Part shown: piece by piece, positions 32,949-42,200 of the stretch | Layout of the letters: each line of letters starts with the position of its first letter | Position numbering within the stretch: the stretch's first letter is position 1 | Origin: Rhodococcus sp. (in: high G+C Gram-positive bacteria) | Lineage (GTDB): Bacteria; Actinomycetota; Actinomycetes; Mycobacteriales; Mycobacteriaceae | Assembly (NCBI GenBank): GCA_049591685.1 | Contig: JBAWFH010000052.1 | Length of the DNA: 57,202 nt | Reading direction: 5' to 3' (one strand) | Notes under the pieces: model-generated | Seen by the model: the letters and a program-made list of their open reading frames with translations, nothing else | The model's database searches: none | What the model was told of the DNA's origin: nothing | Translations under genes and position numbers: made by a program

Positions 32949-33776
32949 TCAGGTTCCACTGAAGTTCGCGGGGCGCTTCTCGAACACCGCGGTGATGGCC
33001 TCGGTGAGGTCGTTGGACGCCAAAAACGCTGCGTTCCACGCCGCAACGTACCGGAGACTGCTCTCGACCGCAGCGGACCGAGAATGATCCAGAACGGTCT
33101 TGACGCCCTGTACGACCAGGGGCGGATTGTCGGCGATGGCCTCGGCCGTCGCCCGGGCCCCGTCGAGCAGAGCGTCGTGGTCCGCGAACACGTCGTTGAT
33201 CAGGCCGATCTTCTCGGCTCGGGCAGCGTCGATGTCCTTGCCGGTCAGAGCCAGTTCACGCAGGTGACCGTCGCCGATGATCGCGGGGAGCCGCGCCAGA
33301 GAGCCCATGTCGGCGACGATGGCCACCTTCACCTCACGCACACTGAATTTGGCATCCGCGCTGGCGTACCGAATGTCCGCAGCGCTGATGAGATCGAGTC
33401 CCCCGCCGATGCACCACCCGTGCACCGCCGCCACGACGGGCTTGCGGCAGTCGGCGACGGCGTTCGTGGCACGCTGCATCCGCTTGATGGTGTCGTGAAA
33501 GGTGGTGCGCGGTCCTGCCAGGGCTTTGTCGGCCATGAGTGGTGCGAATTCTCCGCCCATGGCAGCGAGATCGAGACCGTAGGTGAAGTTCTTGCCCGAA
33601 CCGGTCAGGAGAACAGAGCGCACGTTCGGGTCTGCGTCCAGTTCGGCGAACAGCGGGGGACACTCGTTCCAGAAGTCCGGGCCCATGGCGTTGCCTTTGC
33701 CCGGCCCGAGCAACGTCACCGTCGCGATGTGGTCGACCGTGTCGACCGAGAATGCGTTCCAGCTGCGTTCCGTCAT
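32949..33776 (-). CDS. enoyl-CoA hydratase/isomerase (EchA21-like)
   Basis: GKGNAMG, FTYGLDL, GWCIGGG, REVKVAIVADMG. Confidence 0.93.
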   Translation of the reverse strand: MTERSWNAFSVDTVDHIATVTLLGPGKGNAMGPDFWNECPPLFAELDADPNVRSVLLTGSGKNFTYGLDLAAMGGEFAPLMADKALAGPRTTFHDTIKRMQRATNAVADCRKPVVAAVHGWCIGGGLDLISAADIRYASADAKFSVREVKVAIVADMGSLARLPAIIGDGHLRELALTGKDIDAARAEKIGLINDVFADHDALLDGARATAEAIADNPPLVVQGVKTVLDHSRSAAVESSLRYVAAWNAAFLASNDLTEAITAVFEKRPANFSGT

Positions 33777-33875
33777 CCCGCGAGCGTAACCAACGACGCA
33801 GGCTTCCCAGCGATGAAGGCAGTGTCGAAGGCGGCGAACGCGTGCGGCCTCGAAGTCGTATGTATAGGCGCCGCC

Positions 33876-34097
33876 CTAGAACAGTCCGACCATTCGGCCG
33901 ACCAGGCCGATGACGAAAATCAGGACGATGACGCCGATGACGCCGAGGAAGATGATCGGTAGTTTGAGGGTGCGCTGTGGCGGTTCGTGTTGCGGACCGC
34001 TGACACCTGTCTCCGCGGGAGGTGTGTCCCCGGGTGTGACGCTACCGCCGCTTTCGAGGCCAGCAGTGTCGTTCGGTTCAGGATTCTGAGCAGTCAT
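33876..34097 (-). CDS. small membrane protein (DUF6480-like)
   Basis: GLESGGSVTPGDTPPAE followed by one C-terminal TM helix. Confidence 0.75.
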   Translation of the reverse strand: MTAQNPEPNDTAGLESGGSVTPGDTPPAETGVSGPQHEPPQRTLKLPIIFLGVIGVIVLIFVIGLVGRMVGLF

Positions 34098-34125
34098 GGG
34101 CACCGATTACCCGGTAACCCGCGAG

Positions 34126-34797
34126 TCAACCTTGCTGCTGCGCGCGGGAAATCGCACCGGCGAACAATGCGGCGATCGCGTCGCCTATCGCCCGCTGGTC
34201 TATCTCTTCGGGATCGACGGAATGCTCGACGGCGAGGCCCGAGATCAACGCCAGCAGCGACGTGGCGACCCGGCGTGCGTCGAGGGACGATGCGACACCC
34301 CATTCGGCAGCGCGTTCGACGATCAGCGCCTCGAGTCGGTCGCGTAGGTGGCGACGCTCTCGCTTGTATCCGGATTTCAGCGCCGGGTCTCTCCCCGCCT
34401 GGATGCCGAACTCGGTGACGAGCAGCGGCCATCGCGGTTCGGCGACGATCCAGGAGGAGATGGCTTCGCCGCCTTTTCCTGCTGCGTCACCGGGGCCGAG
34501 GCCCGACACGGTTGCGATGACGTGTTCGGCGAGTTCGAGGGACTTCCTCGACAGCACCTCGGCGAACAGCGCTTGCTTGGATTCGAAGTTGGAGTACACG
34601 GCGCCCTTGGTGAATCCCGCTCGCCGGGCGATGTCCGCCAGCTTGGCGGCGGCGTAGCCGTTCTCGGTGAACTCGTCGGCGGCCGCGTCGAGCAGGCGTT
34701 CACGCACGTTTTCGCGGCCCGGACGCTGGATCGGGATGCGACGGTCTCGAGCCTCGTGCTGTGGTGCTTCCCACTGACCTTGACCGTCTACGTTCAC
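34126..34797 (-). CDS. TetR-family regulator, probably leaderless
   Basis: LLDAAADEF...IARRAGFTKGAVYSNFESK; TACTCT -10 lies 7 nt before GTG 34797. Confidence 0.9.
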   Translation of the reverse strand: MNVDGQGQWEAPQHEARDRRIPIQRPGRENVRERLLDAAADEFTENGYAAAKLADIARRAGFTKGAVYSNFESKQALFAEVLSRKSLELAEHVIATVSGLGPGDAAGKGGEAISSWIVAEPRWPLLVTEFGIQAGRDPALKSGYKRERRHLRDRLEALIVERAAEWGVASSLDARRVATSLLALISGLAVEHSVDPEEIDQRAIGDAIAALFAGAISRAQQQG

Positions 34798-34828
34798 GAT
34801 ACCTAGAGTATTCAATACCTGAGGTATC
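34798..34828. promoter_or_regulatory. twin palindromic TetR operator between divergent genes
   Basis: gATACctagaGTATtc-aATACCtgaGGTATc: two ATAC-N5-GTAT palindromes overlapping the TetR -10. Confidence 0.7.
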
Positions 34829-34849
34829 CACAATCCGTCTCGCTGGGAG

Positions 34850-35854
34850 ATGCACATGCGCAAGGTTGTCTGGCTCGCATTCGGCGTATTGATACTGCAA
34901 CTCGGCTTCATCGGAAGCTACGTCGCCGCGTTCCATCAGCCGACACCGCACGAGATCCCGATTGCCGTGGTCGCCGAGCAGGGGCTACCCGCGGGCATCG
35001 ACGCCGACACCGTCGACAAGCTCAACGCCATCGACGGCACTCCGCTGGCTGCGCGTACGGCGGGCAGCACTGCCGATGCCCGTGCATTGCTCCGCGACCG
35101 CGAGGTTCTCGGCGCCTATGTCGTCAGCCCGTCCGGCACCGATACGTTGATCACCGCGAGCGCTGCGGGTAGCTCCATTTCGGCCGCACTCGAATCGATC
35201 TTCACCGAAGTCGAGCAGTCGCAGAATCGGCAGTTCGTCGTCCGCGACGACATCCCCGTCGGTATCCACGACAATCGCGGCCTGTCCGGCTTCTATCTGG
35301 CGATCGGCTGGGTCGTCGGCGGCTATCTTCTTGCCGCCGCCATCGGATTGCTCGTCGGCGCTCCGAAGTCGATGCGCGACGCCGCCGCCCAACTCGGTGT
35401 GTTCGCCGCGTACGCACTTCTCTCCGGGGCCCTTGGCGCGTTTCTTGTTACTCACGTGATGGAAACCTTCGCTGGACACTGGTTCCCGCTGTGGCTCCTG
35501 GGCACCGGGGTGGTGTTCGCGACATCGGTGTTCACTCTCGGCCTACGGGCTGCCATCGGCGTCGCAGCGGTACCCATTGCGATCATCGTGTTCGTGATCC
35601 TCGGAAACCCCAGCGCCGGTGGAGCATTCGGCCCGAATGTACTGCCCGAGTTCTACGCGGCCGTAGGCCGGAGGATCACGCCGGGAATCGGAACCGAAGG
35701 CGTGCGCAGCATCGTGTACTTCGCGGGCACGGGGCTCGGGCAGCCCGCACTCGCACTGGCCGTCTATTCCGTGATCGGCATTGCCCTGCTGTTCGGGTTC
35801 ACGGCGCGACGCGCGCGTTCATCTCGGAGCGCCGAGGCGAGCACGGGCCAGTAA
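34850..35854 (+). CDS. DUF3533/ABC-2-like membrane protein
   Basis: SYVAAFHQPTPHEIPIAVV, DNRGLSGFY, GNPSAGG, ~6 TM. Confidence 0.8.
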   Translation: MHMRKVVWLAFGVLILQLGFIGSYVAAFHQPTPHEIPIAVVAEQGLPAGIDADTVDKLNAIDGTPLAARTAGSTADARALLRDREVLGAYVVSPSGTDTLITASAAGSSISAALESIFTEVEQSQNRQFVVRDDIPVGIHDNRGLSGFYLAIGWVVGGYLLAAAIGLLVGAPKSMRDAAAQLGVFAAYALLSGALGAFLVTHVMETFAGHWFPLWLLGTGVVFATSVFTLGLRAAIGVAAVPIAIIVFVILGNPSAGGAFGPNVLPEFYAAVGRRITPGIGTEGVRSIVYFAGTGLGQPALALAVYSVIGIALLFGFTARRARSSRSAEASTGQ

Positions 35855-35863
35855 TCTCGCCCT

Positions 35864-36841
35864 ATGGCCGAGACGTTCCCGCTTCCCCTTCCCGATCTCG
35901 CGGTTCGTACTCTCGGCGGCGCCGTCGTGTGGGCCAACGACGAGACGTTCGCCGAGAAGGAGAATCTGATCAAGCCCGGCAAAGCCGACTATCGTCCCGC
36001 GACCTTCGGCCACAAGGGCCAGATCTACGACGGGTGGGAAACCCGACGCCGCCGCGAGTCGGGCCACGACGAGGCGGTCGTTCGGCTCGGTGCACCCGGG
36101 GTGGTCGACGCCGTCGTCGTCGACACCGCATGGTTCACCGGCAACTATCCCCCGGAAGTCTCCGTCGAGGCGGCGGTCGTAGACGGATTCCCCTCCGCGC
36201 GTGAGGTGTACGAGGACGCCCGCTGGGTCACGCTGGTGAACAGGAGTCCCGTCGGCGGCGATACCGAGAACCGCTTCGAGGTCTCCTCCGACGAGCGTTG
36301 GACGCACGTCAAACTTTCCATCTATCCCGACGGAGGCGTCGCTCGGTTGCGCGTTCTCGGGCGCGGCAGGCCCGACCCGGCGCTTGTCGGCGGGGGCCCG
36401 CTCGATCTCGCTGCGTTGGAGAACGGCGGCTACGTGTCGGCGTGCTCGAACATGTTCTACAGCTCGCCCAACAACCTGCTCTTCCCCGGACCTCCCCGAT
36501 CCATGGGTGAAGGATGGGAGACTTCCCGCCGTCGACATGGCTCCAACGACTGGGTGCAGGTGACGCTCGGGATCACGGGGGTTGTGCAGCTCGCCGAGCT
36601 GGACACGACGTGCTTCCTCGGAAACGCACCGGGCGCAGCGGCGTTGACGGGTCGGGTCGGCGACGGCAACAGTGCCGGCGATGGCAAATGGATAACCCTG
36701 CTGCCGCGCACTCCCCTGCAACCCGACACCCGCCATCGTTTCGCGATCGACGTACCCGATGCGGTGTCCGAAGTGCGGATGGACATCTTCCCCGACGGCG
36801 GAATGGCAAGGCTGCGACTGTTCGGCACCCCTGCCACGTGA
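35864..36841 (+). CDS. alc: allantoicase
   Basis: Two repeats: DGWETRRRR / EGWETSRRR, FTGNYP / FLGNAP, IYPDGGVARLR / IFPDGGMARLR. Confidence 0.95.
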   Translation: MAETFPLPLPDLAVRTLGGAVVWANDETFAEKENLIKPGKADYRPATFGHKGQIYDGWETRRRRESGHDEAVVRLGAPGVVDAVVVDTAWFTGNYPPEVSVEAAVVDGFPSAREVYEDARWVTLVNRSPVGGDTENRFEVSSDERWTHVKLSIYPDGGVARLRVLGRGRPDPALVGGGPLDLAALENGGYVSACSNMFYSSPNNLLFPGPPRSMGEGWETSRRRHGSNDWVQVTLGITGVVQLAELDTTCFLGNAPGAAALTGRVGDGNSAGDGKWITLLPRTPLQPDTRHRFAIDVPDAVSEVRMDIFPDGGMARLRLFGTPAT

Positions 36842-36852
36842 CCCGGACCCGG

Positions 36853-36915
36853 GTGGCGACTGCGCTGGCGACTGCGAAAGCTGGTGACTGCGAAAGCTGG
36901 TGACTGCGAAAGCTG
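36853..36915. repeat. 16-bp tandem repeat
   Basis: ctggygactgcgaaag x3 plus partial copies. Confidence 0.9.
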
Positions 36916-36940
36916 CGGTCAGGCAATACTCTTGTGAAGT

Positions 36941-37414
36941 ATGACCCGGCTACTTCACCCGAACGCAGCCCACGTCGCCGACGTCCTGATCCAGCGAGGT
37001 CACCACGGAGTCGTCGTCACGTCACCGGAGCCCACTCCAACCGCGCAAGCCGCGGCCGCATCGGTCGGCGTCGACGTGGGCGCGATCGTCAAGTCGCTGG
37101 TGTTCCTGTTGGACGACGAGCCGATACTTCTGCTCGTGTCCGGTGCCCACCAGGTGAACCTGCCGAATACCGGAGCCCGGCTCGAAGGCACGTTGACACG
37201 TGCACCCCTCGATCTGGTGACTCTGGCGACGGGGCAGCCCATCGGCGGCATCGCACCGGTCGGCCACCCCACCAACCTCGCCACCTACGTCGACGAAACG
37301 CTCGCGCGCTATCCCGAATTGTGGGCTGCAGCAGGGCATCCGAACACGTTGTTCCGCACGACGTGTTCGGAGCTCCTACGCATCACAGCGGGCCTGGCCA
37401 TCAGCGTGGAATGA
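36941..37414 (+). CDS. YbaK/EbsC-family aminoacyl-tRNA deacylase
   Basis: TAQAAA, IVKSLVF, TGQPIGGIAPVGH, WAAAG. Confidence 0.92.
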   Translation: MTRLLHPNAAHVADVLIQRGHHGVVVTSPEPTPTAQAAAASVGVDVGAIVKSLVFLLDDEPILLLVSGAHQVNLPNTGARLEGTLTRAPLDLVTLATGQPIGGIAPVGHPTNLATYVDETLARYPELWAAAGHPNTLFRTTCSELLRITAGLAISVE

Positions 37415-37480
37415 CGGTGCCCCTCAGCGTGGAATGACGGTACCCCTCAGCGTGGAATGACGGTACCCCTCAGCGTGGAA
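37401..37480 (+). repeat. 23-bp tandem repeat (x3.5) containing the ybaK-like stop codon
   Basis: tcagcgtggaatgacggt(g/a)cccc at 37401, 37424 and 37447, partial at 37470. Confidence 0.92.
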
Positions 37481-37548
37481 GGTCGACGAACCTGTTCTCC
37501 CACGTGCTCTTCTTCGGCATCAGAACCACCGTCACAGCGAGGAGTCTG

Positions 37549-38889
37549 TCACAGCGAGTTCCCTGCCGCCGACTGCCCGCACGGCGAGCCCACTCCGGCA
37601 GCACCGTCGGCGATCTCGGGGAACGGCCGCGGATCGGGAACCGGGTTCCACCAGCCGCCGTCTTCGGCGTAGGTCCACGCCGGACCGCTGGTCACGAGCT
37701 GCTCGACTGCCGCGATCAGCCGGTCCACGTCCGCGTCGGAGCTGCCCAACCCCAGGCTTGCACGGACGGCTCCGTCGGCATGGCCGAGCCGCACCAGCAG
37801 TGGGTGCGCGCAGAACTTGCCGTCACGGACGCCGATGCCATGTTCGGCGGAGAGGTAGGCGGCAACTTCGCCCGGGGTGTAGCCCTCGAGCGTGAAGGTG
37901 ATGATGCCGACGGTGTCGGATGCGTCGTTCCACACCGAAAGAACGGCGACTCCGGGTACGGCGAGGAGACGCTCGCGTAAGCGGCTCGAGAGTCGGCGCT
38001 CGTGCACGGCAGACCCCGATGCCTCGCAAGCGGCGAGCGCCTCGCATGCCGCGGCGAGGGCCACCACGCCCAGCACGTTGGGCGTACCCGCCTCGTGCCG
38101 TGCGGGTACGGGCGCCCACTCGGTTCGGTCGAGGCTCACGGTGCGGACTGCGCCGCCGCCGGCCAGGTAGGGCTCGGCTGCGTCCAGCCAGTCACGCTTT
38201 CCGACGAGCACGCCGGCGCCGTGCGGCGCGTACAGCTTGTGCCCGGAGAAGGCCAGGTAGTCGACACCCAACTCGGTGACGTCGACGCGGCGATGCGGAA
38301 CCAACTGCGCCCCGTCGACCAGTATGCGCGCGCCGTATCGATGCGCGAGGGCAGCGAGTTCGGCGATGGGCAGTACTTCACCGGTGACATTGGACGCGCC
38401 TGTGACAGCAAGCAGCGCAGCAGGTTTCGCAGCGAGCTCGGCTTCGATGCAGGCCACCGTCTGCGCGATCGACTCGGCAGCAACAACGACGCGGCGGTCA
38501 CGCCACGGCAGCAGGTTCGCGTGGTGTTCGATGTCGAGCACCACGGTGTCACCGGGAACGCACCGTGCCAGCAAATTGAGCGAATCGGTGGTGTTCCGGG
38601 TGAAGATCACGACCGAATCGGACTCGGCAGCAACGAAATTCGCGACCGTGACCCGCGCCTTCTCATAAGCGGCCGTCGACACCCGCGAGGCGTAGCCAGC
38701 GCCGCGGTGAACGCTCGAGTAGTAGGGCAGCAACTCCGCTACGCGTTCAGTCACCGCAGCCAGAGCCGGGGCGCTGGCCGCGTAGTCGAAATTGGCGTAC
38801 GAGCAGGTGGTTCCGTCGACGAGCGGCACCTGCAGGTCGGCGCCACTGACGGTAGCGAACGGCGGGCATGCTTCGAGAACAGCAGTCAT
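37549..38889 (-). CDS. class V PLP aminotransferase, SufS-like cysteine desulfurase
   Basis: DYAASAP, SVHRG, NTTDSLN, EHHAN, SGHK (PLP Lys), EAGTPN, GKFCAHP. Confidence 0.9.
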   Translation of the reverse strand: MTAVLEACPPFATVSGADLQVPLVDGTTCSYANFDYAASAPALAAVTERVAELLPYYSSVHRGAGYASRVSTAAYEKARVTVANFVAAESDSVVIFTRNTTDSLNLLARCVPGDTVVLDIEHHANLLPWRDRRVVVAAESIAQTVACIEAELAAKPAALLAVTGASNVTGEVLPIAELAALAHRYGARILVDGAQLVPHRRVDVTELGVDYLAFSGHKLYAPHGAGVLVGKRDWLDAAEPYLAGGGAVRTVSLDRTEWAPVPARHEAGTPNVLGVVALAAACEALAACEASGSAVHERRLSSRLRERLLAVPGVAVLSVWNDASDTVGIITFTLEGYTPGEVAAYLSAEHGIGVRDGKFCAHPLLVRLGHADGAVRASLGLGSSDADVDRLIAAVEQLVTSGPAWTYAEDGGWWNPVPDPRPFPEIADGAAGVGSPCGQSAAGNSL

Positions 38890-38953
38890 GACAAATATCC
38901 CCTTGTACATCAAGGGACCCGAAGAGAACACCGAGACAAATCAAAGCTTCGAG

Positions 38954-39067
38954 TCCGCGCTTGCCACACCGGTTTTCCGGCGTCGGCCTGGTCGTCACCC
39001 GGAGCACCCCACCGCGGTGGAGGGTTGCCGACCAGCGAGCCGGGGCTTGATGCTGGTACTCATGACC
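38954..39067 (-). ncRNA. SAM-IV riboswitch
   Basis: Minus strand reads ggtcatgagtaccagcatcaagccccggctcgctggtcggcaaccctcc...gcggtggggtgctccgggtgacgaccagg...ggcaagcgcgga, the SAM-IV pattern, upstream of a sulfur-metabolism gene. Confidence 0.92.
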
Positions 39068-39075
39068 TGCCGAAG

Positions 39076-39105
39076 AGAATGACAAATATCGAGCGGACTT
39101 GTCAA
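39076..39105 (-). promoter_or_regulatory. sigma-A-type promoter for the riboswitch transcript
   Basis: TTGACA-N18-CATTCT ending 8 nt before the aptamer. Confidence 0.65.
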
Positions 39106-39295
39106 CCGGAGCACTGTGCACATGCGGAGGAGCCGCTTGCCGACCATCCAGCAGACCCGAAACCGAGTAGAATCCGCCCAGTGCATCAGCCCCGTCGACA
39201 TCGCGTCCGTTCACCTTCCGGCAATCAGAACGTGAGATAACACCCCGACGTCCCCACCCCGACGTCCGTTGCCAAACGAGAAGAAGGACACCCGG

Positions 39296-42200
39296 TTGTC
39301 TGTGCAATCACAATCGGAATCAGCCGAGCTGCAGCAGTCCGTTGCAGTGCCCGCCGAATTCCTGCGCTCTGGGCGCGCTCCCGAAGAGCGGACGCTCATC
39401 GACATCCTGCGCTCCACGACGTCCCAGTTTCCGGACGCACCTGCGATCGACGACGGTACCGTCTCGGTCACCTACCGTGAGCTCCTCGAAGACATCGACG
39501 AGGGCGCTCAGTGGCTGGCCAGGGCCGGTGTTCGGCGCGGTGACCGCGTCGGCATCAGAATGCCGTCGGGCTCCTTCTCCCTCTATGTCGCGATCCTGTC
39601 CATTCTGAACGCAGGCGCCGCGTACGTGCCTGTCGACGCCGACGATCCCGACGAGCGTGCCGAACTCGTCTTCGGCGAGGCCAAGGTGAGCGCGGTCGTC
39701 ACGGCAGGGGGCATTGCTGCGGGCACGGCTGACAAGCAGGACATCCCGATGCCCGACACCCTCACGACGCCGGTACCCGACGACGACGCATGGGTCATCT
39801 TCACCTCGGGCTCGACGGGTACTCCCAAGGGCGTCGCAGTCAGTCACCGCAATGCCGCTGCGTTCGTCGACGCCGAAGCGCGGATGTTCATGCAGGAGGA
39901 CCCGCTCGGCCCGGGCGACCGGGTGCTGGCCGGCCTGTCCGTCGCGTTCGACGCTTCCTGCGAGGAGATGTGGCTCGCGTGGCGGTACGGCGCGTGCCTG
40001 GTGCCCGCGCCTCGTTCGCTGGTCCGCAGTGGTTTCGACCTCGGCCCGTGGCTGGTCTCGCGCGACATCACCGTCGTGTCGACGGTTCCCACGCTGGCCG
40101 CGCTGTGGCCTGCCGTCGCGCTCGAAGCGGTCCGGCTGCTCATCTTCGGCGGCGAGGCATGCCCGCCGGAACTCGCGGAGCGTCTCGCCGTCGACGGCCG
40201 AGAGGTGTGGAACACCTACGGCCCGACCGAGGCGACCGTCGTGGCGTGCGCGTCGATCATGGACGGGAAAGGTCCGGTCCGGATCGGTATGCCACTCGAC
40301 GGCTGGGACCTCGCGGTGGTCGACGGCTCCGGGCGGCCGGTGGCGGTCGGTGAGGTCGGGGAGCTCGTCATCGGCGGGGTCGGCCTCGCGCGGTACCTCG
40401 ATCCCGCGAAGGACGCCGAGAAGTACGCGCCGATGCCCAGCCTCGGGTGGGACCGCGCCTATCGAAGTGGCGACCTTGTCAAGCTCGAGCTCGAAGGCCT
40501 GCTGTTCCAGGGGCGTGCCGACGATCAGATCAAGCTCGGCGGACGCCGCATCGAACTCGGCGAGATCGACAACGCACTGCAGTCCCTTCCCGGCGTCGCA
40601 GGCGCGGCCGCGGCCGTGCGCAAGACCGGCGCCGGCAACTCGGTGCTCGTCGGCTACCTCGCGAGTACCGACCCCGATTTCGATCTGGAAGCAGCGCGGA
40701 CACTGCTCGCCGAGCAGTTGCCGTCGGCGCTGGTTCCCCGGCTGGCGCTCGTCGCCGAGATGCCGACCCGCACATCGGGCAAGGTCGACCGAAACGCACT
40801 GCCGTGGCCGCTGCCAGGCAAGAGCGACGCCTCCGAACTCGGCGGTACCGCCGGGTGGGTCGCCGAGCTGTGGACCACTATTCTCGGCGCTCAGGTGTCG
40901 GACGAGAATGCCGATTTCTTCCAGAACGGTGGCGGTTCGCTGTCCGCGGCGCAACTGGTCACGGCTCTACGCGAACGTTTTCCCGAGATCACCGTCGCGC
41001 AGCTCTACGACCATCCGCGGTTGGGGTCGCTCGCGGCGTACCTCGACGAGCTGAAGCCGCCCGTCGAGGTCGTTCCGCGCGAGGTCGAGCCCACATCACG
41101 CAAAGCCCAGTGGACACAGATCGCGGCAACGGTTCCGCTGACGACCCTCACCGGTCTGCAGTGGATCACCTGGCTGGGCATCCTGTTCAACGTGCTGTCC
41201 TGGTTCGCCGAGGTGCCGTGGGCGCCGACGGTGTCGTGGTGGTGGATTCTGCCGGCGTTCGTCCTGTTCATCACGCCCGTCGGGCGCATGGCGATCTCGG
41301 TCGTCGGCTCCCGGATGTTGTTGGCCGGTCTGCAGCCGGGCGCCTACCAGCGGGGAGGTAGCGCACATCTGCGGCTGTGGGTGGCCACCCGTCTGACCGA
41401 TGCGAGCGGCGCGTCCAATCTGTCGGGCGCACCGTGGATGGTCTACTACGCGCGGGCTCTGGGCGCCAAGATCGGCAAGGGCGTCGACCTGCATACGTTG
41501 CCGCCGGTCACCGGAATGCTCGAACTCGGCGACGGTTGCTCAATCGAACCCGAGGTCGATCTCACCGGTCATTGGATCGACGGCGACATCGTCTACATCG
41601 GAGCCATCAAGATCGGCGCAGGCGCTGCCGTCGGCGCACGTTCGACGCTTCTGCCCGGCACATCCGTCGGCAAGAACGCCGTCGTGAGCGCGGGTTCGGC
41701 CGTCGTCGGAAGGGTCAAGGCGGGGCAGTTGTGGGCCGGATCGCCCGCCCGCAAGGTCGGCAAGGCCGAGCATCCTTGGCCGCAGGACGCGCCGCCGCGG
41801 GCACCGCAGTGGATTTTCGCGTACGGCGTCGCCTCCCTGTTCCTCTCGGGCATGGCGATCTTCTCCATCGGTGTCTCGCTGGTCCTGATGGGCTGGTGGT
41901 TGCACACCGCGACGACGCTGCTCGGTGCGCTGGGCCGCGCGCTGATCATGCTGCCCGTGGCCACGCTGCTGTCACTGGGAACGTTTGCCGCGATCACGCT
42001 CGCCGCTGTCCGGCTGCTCTCCATCGGACTCGCGGAGGGTTACCACCCGGTGCGCAGTCGTATCGGGTGGCAGGTGTGGGCCACCGAGCGCCTCATGGAC
42101 TCCGCGCGCACGTTCCTGTTCCCGCTGTACGCATCTCTGCTGACGCCGCACTGGCTGCGGTTGCTCGGGGCGAAGATCGGCAAGGACGTCGAAGCGTCGA

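Noticed and set aside
37401..37480. 23-bp repeats as a possible CRISPR array
   Set aside because: The units are contiguous with no unique spacers, and no cas genes are present.
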